NCBI GenBank assembly: GCA_904063045.1
Contig: CAJFCJ010000005.1
Span: 2,123,988-2,187,987 of the forward strand
Direction: 5' to 3'
DNA length: 64,000 nt
Origin: Dimorphilus gyrociliatus
Taxonomy: Eukaryota > Animalia > Annelida
A program made the position numbers and the translations under genes. A model generated the notes under the pieces. That model was given only the letters and a program-made list of their open reading frames with translations, did not search any database and was not told the DNA's origin. Positions 55,401 to 64,000 of the stretch are shown piece by piece (within the stretch, counting starts at the first letter, position 1; each line of letters opens with the position of its first letter).

Positions 55401-57843
55401 GTTAATTTATTCATATTTTACTAATATTAATATTTACATCAGGAAGAGGTAATTTATTTTTTTTTGGTAATCTATATCAAAAAAATCAACAATTGCATGA
55501 TTTCGATTGATTGACTGATTGATTATTATATTTATTTATGATTATTAATCAAGCCTATTTTAGTTTAGCCCTTGAACATTCTATGATTTTATTAGTTATA
55601 AATATTTATATAAATACCAATATATAAATATATATATTTATATATATATATATATATATAATTTTTATAAATAGTATATATAACCTATAAATAAATTATT
55701 GAATGTCAAACTTTTGCGAAAGCTTCCTTAACTTTTTATTTTATAATTTATTTATGATTTTAATATATTTAGTTAATATATTCAAATTTATTCATATGAA
55801 TATTGTTTTAATAGAGACCCTGGAAAGATTCTGAATCTTGGCCAATTGAGGCAAGTGAAATTCATTTCTTAATGGGACAATGTTGTATGGAAGATAGGAA
55901 ATTCTTGAATGCCCAACAATCCTTCGATCTAGCTATTCAAAGTAAACCTAATTACGCCGAAGTCAGTTTCTTACTATATAAAATAACTCTAATGCATATA
56001 CTCTATATACATTAATATATATTATTTCCACTTAAATAGGCCTATTATCAGAGGGGTTTAGCAAAAATTCATAACAAGGAAAGAGCTATCAATGATTTTA
56101 ATAAAGCCCTAGCTATATCACCAAATCTCTTTGAGGCCTACTTATGCAGAGCATGTTATTACGGTATGAAGAATAATTATAAGAAGGCTATTTTAAATTG
56201 TAACGAAGCTTTGAAGATACAACCCAAAAGCGTTAGAGCGTTACTTTATAGGTTTGTTTTACAATTATAATATTACGTTATACGTTGCAAAGTGATTAGT
56301 TAATAATATAAATAATACATTATCCCTTTTTCTTACGTTTGTTTAATTTTATAGTTTTTTCCTTTTATTTTTTATTACAGGGGAGCTTTAAAATATCACA
56401 TCAAAGCCTATAAATTGGCTATTTTCGATTTAACCATAGCAATTAATTACTTACCAACCAGTGCAATAATCTATTTCAACAGAGCTTTATGCTACGATGC
56501 CAGTGGATACTATCAAGAGGTTCTATTCATATAAACTATCCTTTGCCTTTTACGATTAACTTTCAAGGGATTGAAAAACAACCGTTTCCTTTTCACAGGC
56601 CCTCAGGGATTATAGTATCGTATTAACTCTGGGTGATAAATTAGAAATGCAAGTTCTAACTAACAGGGCATTAGTTTACATGAAATTGAATGATCATAAT
56701 AATGCCGTTAATGATTTGTTTCTTGTGGAAAAGATAACACCGTCTGATGTGGCTATCCTATTCACAATTGGCATCTGTTTGCATAGGTATTATTATTTAT
56801 TTAAATAATTCTTTATTTTCCTAGATTAATTAGTTAATGCTTGTTTTGTATTTAATCCCATTAAGGCTGAGGAAGTTGGAGGAGGCCGTTAAGTATTTTA
56901 CCAGAGTACTATCATATAGGAAGCTAGATTTGAACGCCCTCGTTGCTAGGGGTAACGTTTTTCTGGATTATGGTAACGAGCTGGGATTACTATATGCAAA
57001 GTTCGATAAGAGAATTACATTAACACTTTTTTTTTAATTATCAAGGAATAACAATACGTTTTTATCGATAGACGCGATTATGCGAGGGCAATTTCGTTGA
57101 AAGCCGACTACATCCCCGCTAGAATTAATTTAGCCTATGCACTTCAAGTTTATGGACACTACCAGAGAGCTTGGCACCAATTTACCGCTTGCATAGAAAT
57201 CGATTCTAAGTGTCAAAGGGCATACGAAGGAAGGTCTATTATTAATTTACAAATGTCCGATTTCTTCGCCGCATTCCAGGATATTAACGCCGCAATACGC
57301 TGCCATCCAACAGCCGAATTGTATAATAATAGAGGAGTAATATTCGAATTGACTAGGGATGGACAGAATGCAATGGCAAACTATAAAAAGGCCATAGAAA
57401 TTGATTCAAGCTACTCTCTATCTTATTATAATGCCGCAAATATTTACATGAGGCAAAAACAATACTCTCAGGCTCTTACCTATTTAGACAATGCTCTTAA
57501 ATGGGATCCATCTTCGGAATCGGCATACCTAAACAGAGCTATTGTAAAGGTATTTTTGAAAGACATGAAATCAGCCTTAAAAGACATGAATCAAGCTGTA
57601 CGTTTAGCTCCTCGAGCAGCAATTAATTACTTAAACAGAGCAAACATCAATAGATCTATTGGAAAGTTGATAGAAGCAGAAAGAGATTATTCAAAAGCCC
57701 TACACCTGCAACCCGACGATCCGTTAGTTCATAAGAGAAGAGCAGACACTAGAGCTATGTTGAATAGAAAAGATTCAGCAATGGAAGACTATAAACGAGC
57801 AATTGATCTTGAAACAAAAAATTTGGTTCGGATATCAGTATAA
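49479..57843 (+). CDS. TTC6: Tetratricopeptide repeat protein 6 (long disordered N-terminus plus a TPR array; many exons)
   Basis: YDYCRRGAILRKLGNIRQALWNLNKAIRLEPTLLDAYWHRHFIYLLQ is TTC6-like and is followed by many TPR repeats up to the stop at 57843; joining the N-terminal exons from 49479 is inferred from continuous same-strand GT-AG exon chains. Confidence 0.75.
55639..55660. repeat. (TA)11 microsatellite in a long AT-rich TTC6 intron
   Basis: Perfect TA run read directly from the sequence. Confidence 0.9.
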
Positions 57844-59450
57844 AATAGAGACTAATAAAACTATTTCCAACCAGTTAATCTTTTATCTATATATATATAA
57901 ATCCTCTCTTCTTCTTTATTCTTATTCTTCTTTCTCTTATTTACTATAAATTATTTTTCATAAATATGAAAAATACAATAACTTGAAATAAGTAATTGAT
58001 CATTAAATAGTTAATATCTTTTATACAAAGAATACAAAAGAAAAATAGACATTTCATTATCATTGAAACAAACATGGAACTAATTTATGAATATTAATTA
58101 ATTTTTCGTCCTATTGTCGCATCAACGAATACTCATACAAAACCCTAATGAAATTTATTAAATTATTTAATATATAATAAAAGAGATTTCTAATGAGAAT
58201 AATGAATAGAGCGCAATATTTAAAGGCTTTACCCGTGGGGCAGGGACAAAACTGTTATATATTGTTTATATACAAGTCATAAGAATTATTTACTTATCTT
58301 TTATAAAGCATTAAAAAGGCCTCTCTATACGCTTATTCTTATTATATGAATTGTTCGTTCAATATTCATTGAACTACATGAAATTTTATCTTAATGATAC
58401 TTTCTCTTTCAATTGTAACAACTATTTTTCATACAATCATAAAAAGAATACTATATATTTAATTAGTAAACTAATAGTTGTAACATACAGCTCTACTTTT
58501 TGATATTGATACCAACAGATTATAAAGCTAATCCGCTTCGTCAGTATTTATTAAACATTTCTAATCTTGTTTTCTTTTATACATACTGTGTACTATCCTC
58601 TCTGTTTTTGGCGGGGGATTTTATGACCAGTTACTGAAATTGATTATAAGTTATGGAAAGTATTGATTTAAGAACATTTTAAAAATTTCCCATTATGGAA
58701 TGTGTCAAAATGGTAGCAATACAAATATAGACCACTTTAGGTTCCCCCCCAGATATAAGAAATGATCTTTAGATTCCGAGTCTAAAGTGATAGCCATTAC
58801 GCTCTGAGACCCACAGCTGAAGATGCCAAAAGAGATCTTGAATCTAAAACCCAATTAATTGAGTGGCTTAAATATACGTTATTTAATGTTATGTAATGAG
58901 TAAACTTTCCAACTTTTAGAGGTGTTCAGAATGAGATAATTGTGACAACTAAATTGTTCAAGTATTTCGTATTAAAATATTTAGACGTTTAATTGGCGAA
59001 TACATTTAATCCTTAAATAAGAAATAATCACTTTTTAGCCTAAATCTTAAATTATCTTAAATTTTCAAATGCTATCACGTCAGTTTGATAAATTTGTTTA
59101 GCTACATTGTATACCTTTATAGGTTGAGAAATGTTCGTATTTACCCGCCTAAGTTTTTGGAATACGGAACCAGACGAAATTAATTTGTGTGTTCCGGTAT
59201 ATATTTTTTTCTTGCAAAAACTATTTCCCAGTCAAACTAATTTATCTTTAACGGTTATAGAAGATTATGCGATATTCAAGGCTTTACCAGTATGAATTCT
59301 TTACAAGGAGAGAGTAAGTAGCCACTAGTTTTCAAATTCCAATTATAACGTGCTTTAATTTTGTACGGTACATTATTTTCGTTATGAAAAAGCGTGTATT
59401 TTATTTTAGACGGCAGAAATCATAGAAGCTGCTGTCCGTGGAAGCAGAAA

Positions 59451-60799
59451 ATGCGTATTCTTGTCTTGGGTGGTAATGGATTTATTGGTAGTGAAATTGT
59501 CAGCTCCTTGTTACATACTAAACACGTTTTTCGAACGGACTGGGACATCACGTTGGCCAATAGGTCCGAATCTTGGGACTGGGACAAGAAAGAATTGATT
59601 TATTCAAGTGTAAATCATCTCTTTCTCGATAGAGATGAAGACAATACCAAGCTGACCGACAGCTTCAAAAAGTACCTTCAAAGCAAAGAGCGAATAGACA
59701 TATGCATCGATGTCAGCGGCACTGAGCCGCATCACTTACGGCAATCGATTTCCCTCTTAAGGTTGAAAACTGATTTATACGTCTATATATCTTCGGATTC
59801 TGTATATGAAGTTTGTATGAGGAGGAGACACGATGGTTACTCTAAAGAAATTGATGCAATAAGGCCATCGAAACAAAGAATAAGAGAGAAATTGAAGGAG
59901 AGAGACGCCTACGGAGACGATAAATTAACATGTGAAGAAATGCTAAAAGAACAATTCTCGTCTGGTACAATATAAATTTTTAATATTGATAGAAATAATC
60001 ACATTAAGGCTCTTTTACAGATGTTTCTATGCCCTATGTAATTCTACGCCTTTGTGACGTCATCGGGGAAAGGGATGCTACTGATCGTTTCTGGTCTCTA
60101 CAGTTATGGATAGAACTTTCTCACATGAGTGACCTTCCCGTCTACATTCCACATACGCTCGAATATCAGAAACTCTCATTAATCGACGTTAAAGACGTCG
60201 CCAGTGTGGTCAGTAACATGGTCTTAGATGGACCTAGGCTATCTCGACGATATTGGAATAAAGCATTTAATCTAGCTGCTAATGACAACATGACTTTTAT
60301 GGAACTAGTTCAAGAAATGCAAAATTGTATGGGAGCCAGTCAAGCTAAATTATGTGTTGTCGACAAGTACAGATTCGATTTACCCGAATTTTATCCTTCT
60401 GTAGAAAGAGGACCCATTGATACAACGGAAGCAAAAAAGCTTTTGGCTTTTACAGCAACTCCTTTAGCAACATCCTTGAATAGGATTGTTAATTTCTACA
60501 CAGATGCAAGGAAAAATAACCTATTTCCTCTGCAATTCATGAAGGTCAGGAAGTCTTTGTTTAAAGATCTGAAGGGAAATGCCGAGAAGAAAATTCTTAG
60601 GAGAGCTTTTAAATGCCTGAGGACTAGAACTAACTTTTCGTCTTGTTGTAATTCAACAGCCGCTGATGATATTCCGACGGAAAAGAAGAATAGTCTTTCT
60701 CCAGAAATTAGCAGGGGTACAAAGAGAAAAAAAGAAGAGGAAACAGTGGCGTCGAATGGTAAAAAACATCATAAATTAATCTTAAATGGAACGAATTGA
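59451..60799 (+). CDS. Atypical extended SDR / NAD-dependent epimerase-dehydratase family protein; exons 59451-59964, 60021-60799
   Basis: MRILVLGGNGFIG (GxxGxxG), YVYISSDSVY, YGDDK (YxxxK), VILRLCDVIG, LIDVKDVA, AFNLA; phase-1 intron 59965-60020; basic C-terminal extension. Confidence 0.88.
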
Positions 60800-60899
60800 G
60801 AGTAGACGTTTTTATTCTGTGTCCTTATTGTTTGTTACTAGATATAAATAAAAGACCGAGTTAACAATCACTTTTTTCCCTTCAAATATTATCAACGAT

Positions 60900-63800
60900 A
60901 GATGTCAGTGCTCTCATAAGTACAAATATTTTTAACCAATCACGGATCAGTAAGTAAAGGTGGCGCCACCTGTGTGTCGCGCCATTCAGTTAATGCAGAC
61001 GACACGGTAGACGCTGTGTTTATCGATTTTATAATTTTTTTTACCGACTGAACATCGTAACTCTCGCACCTGATAAACTCTTACAAGTTTTTTTTTCGGA
61101 TACCTTAAAGAGAGAAAGAGAAACCAACACAACGTGATTCCCATTGCTATGTAAATTTTTCACCAGTCGTCAAAAAGGAAAAGCAAATATGAAACTAGTG
61201 GCTTTGCTGTTAATTTACTCCTTATGTACCATAGTTCAACCAACAGGTTTGTTTTTTAATTAGACGGATTTAGTACGATTACGTAAAAAGATTCGCAGTG
61301 GTAAATCAATCAGCAGATCAATTTTACAAGGGTAAACCGATTTTCGCTACATACGTCCTGTAATTGAGGAGCGATTAATTATAATCGGACTTGAAAAGAC
61401 GACCACCTTTTCTTGAATAGGACATAATCCCTTCGTTTTGCTATACTATCCGCTGATAACACTCTTTTCCAGGGCTTTTATTATTCCGTTAAAAAAAAAG
61501 GAATTGTTCGATTGCTTTTAATGGCTAACGTTCGAAAATTGCGGACGTTCTATTGTTCCGTTCCTTGCCGGGGTTTTTTTTCGAATTTAATGATTGGGTA
61601 GCCTTCTGCCGACATTTTTCAACTAGTTAATAAAATATTAAGTCTCATTTGCCAATCGTTAAAAAACGTTCCGAAGCCAAGAGATTTTTGTACAAGGGTG
61701 TCATATACATTCCCTCTTTTTATAGGTCGTTCGTTATTCTTCTCTTTTGTGCTAGAATGTTAACCGGGTCAATACGAGGAACGATAAATTTGCATATCTA
61801 TAAAACTAAGCATCAGAAATTGTAGCTCCCTACCATATTATTATTTATTATTGTTAAAAGCCATCATAATAGTGAAAAGGCAAGTATTGTACAAGGATGT
61901 CCACTCACTATATGCAGTATATATAATATATACTGTACAGTATATCTATAGATAGATATGAACGTGTATAGACTACAATATGCAGATTATTGTTGTTATT
62001 ATTGTCATATTACACTGCCATATATATACGAAAAACTCTAATAATAACAGTTTTGTTCACTTTGTCTTTATAAATCGGCTGAGGGTTACATATAAATTAT
62101 CACCAGATAGTGTTTCGTAGGGAACACAATGTAGAAAAAGTCGAATAAATAATGTAAATGCCGCTTTTTGTTAAAATGTGGCAGATGTAGAAAAAATACC
62201 AAGTGGTGGAATTATTAGCTTTAACCTCCACCCGTCTCTCGATCTTTCAATATTAATACACTTGTATTAATATATTAAAACTTGAAAGTAATTTTTAGTA
62301 TTACGTAAGACCGCATGCGTACGAAAAAACTGATTCAAACTTTAAAACTTACTAATTAACCTTGTACGGTGCATTGGGAAAACTGTAATTAACTTCTCGT
62401 GTCACTAAAATTTAAGTTATATAATATAGCAATTAACTAAGTAGACCGCTACGGTTAGACGTCACAGTATCCCAAATTGAAGCCCAGCGCAGCCAGAGTT
62501 TTTTTTCCAAGCTAAGTTATTTTCTAATGCCATATCTCAATCGACCCACTCTGTTTCGCTTCCTATAACAGCTCAAGAAACAATTTCCGATTATCCGCAA
62601 CAGCTGGAAAATCACCAGGGTTAAACTGGTCACGTGGTTGAACAGCGTGTGACGTCATATTTAATTAGTCTCGGTAAATTAAGAATTTACGGATGGTCCA
62701 ACCGTAAATAATTAAAAGGTGTTAATAGGTGGTGATAGGATGACGCTGCCTGTGGCTTAATTTATACTTTGTAAACGTTTGAAGACGCCGCCAGCTTTTC
62801 ACCTTCGAAAGCATTTCACAGTGAGATAAACGCCGCCCGTGACACGAGTCTTATCGACCCTACTAGATAGATGAGCGGCTAATGAGAATGGAAGCGTCTA
62901 GACAGCGGAAAATGGGTCAGCTTTGCTGTTTGATTACTACTTCGCTTTCAACTGTAAATGGACGAAAAACTGGAGGGCGTCTATAACACATTATTGGATT
63001 TCCTTTTTTCGGTTGTAAAAGAAAATTAACGAGCCATCCGTAAAAAGGAAAAAAAAGATAGATAGATAAAAAGAGAGCTACACAATGGTCTTCGAGCGAA
63101 AACTTTTAATGGTTGAATAACCAACGAATCGATTTCATTAATGACTATATTTAAATGTGTAGTTGGTTGAAAATTCAAATGCAGGTTATATGTTAGATAC
63201 GATTGACAAGTGAATGGACCTATTGTAACCAATGAGTCGTTACAAATTCGTGCTTAGAACTTGGTATAGGGGGGCAAAGGGCCTAGAAAATGGTTAATGA
63301 ACCAATATTTGCCTCAGTGCTTAACGTCTTTTTCGCGACCAAAATAAGAAGTTAAAAATAAAGCGAGCGAAGAAAGACGGAAGTTTATGAGAAACGTGTC
63401 TTGACACTTGGCAGATCTTCGCTGTACATACATTTCACCACAGATATTAAATTTCCTTTGGTTCTTTATTGAATGTATATATCTCGGACATCAATTGGCT
63501 TGACAGAGATACAAAAGAAGTGGTATGATTAAACAAACTCGTCATTGAAATCACCGCAGGTCGCATTTTAGAACTTACCTAAACAGTCATAAGAACGCAA
63601 ATATGCGGCGAAACAAGGATATACAGCTAGCTTAAGCTCCGTGAATGTTTAGATAGTTTTAGCTTATGTATATTGTTCTATTTAACTTTACTGGCTTAAG
63701 ATAACGGCTGTAAAGGTTCGAATGTTTTCGTCATTTCACAAAAACAACTACCTTATATAGAGACTAGCAGCGTGCAAGGGTGGTTAGGTACTAGGTGGTA

Positions 63801-64000
63801 ATTAAGTGGCTAATGAAATTACAATTAACTGATTAAAACCGACCTGCTATTTTCTGCTGCTAAAAACGACGTTCCTGACAACTGAACAAAGACGTCATAG
63901 TGTTCTTTTAGGAATTGCCTATTTCTACTGACGTTCTAGTTTTATTATTACTATTATAAATGGCTGTTTTTTTTGTACATTTTCCCTTCCTATCAAAGCG
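60900..64000. promoter_or_regulatory. Gene-free, motif-rich region; probable cis-regulatory landscape of a gene outside the window
   Basis: No credible ORF or exon chain in 3.2 kb; palindrome GGTGGCGCCACC (60959-60970), CRE TGACGTCA (62651-62658), E-box CACGTG, clustered TAAT/TTAAGTG cores near 63798-63840. Confidence 0.4.

Overview
AT-rich, gene-dense metazoan genomic DNA with mostly 50-85 nt GT-AG introns. It looks like a compact invertebrate genome, plausibly a lophotrochozoan; that assignment is inference only. All gene models were reconstructed by eye from splice signals and reading frames. Left to right: 3' end of RPS9 (+); TDRD9/spindle-E piRNA helicase (-); a divergent nicotinic-type Cys-loop receptor subunit (-); three MOXD1/DBH-like copper monooxygenase genes (+); an intronless orphan ORF (+); WDR13 (+); a short divergent IRF-like gene (+); MORC (-); a spliced gene ending in a Sola-transposase-like domain (+); ARAP (-); MCM3 (+); a RacGAP1-like C1-RhoGAP unit lacking the arginine finger, directly downstream of signal-peptide/TM exons (-); TTC6 (+); an atypical SDR/epimerase (+); and about 3.2 kb of gene-free, motif-rich DNA. 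Most notable: (1) two of the three monooxygenase genes encode covalently doubled DOMON-monooxygenase enzymes, and all five modules keep the full copper ligand set; (2) one doubled gene has lost 16 of 17 introns in place; (3) the cluster lies head-to-head with a Cys-loop receptor whose acetylcholine-binding box is degenerate; (4) a possible receptor-like TM-C1-pseudoGAP chimera; (5) a transposase-derived gene head-to-head with MORC; (6) a structured, NMD-coupled alternative splice element in the RPS9 intron. No prokaryotic features, CRISPR arrays, rRNA or tRNA genes were recognised.
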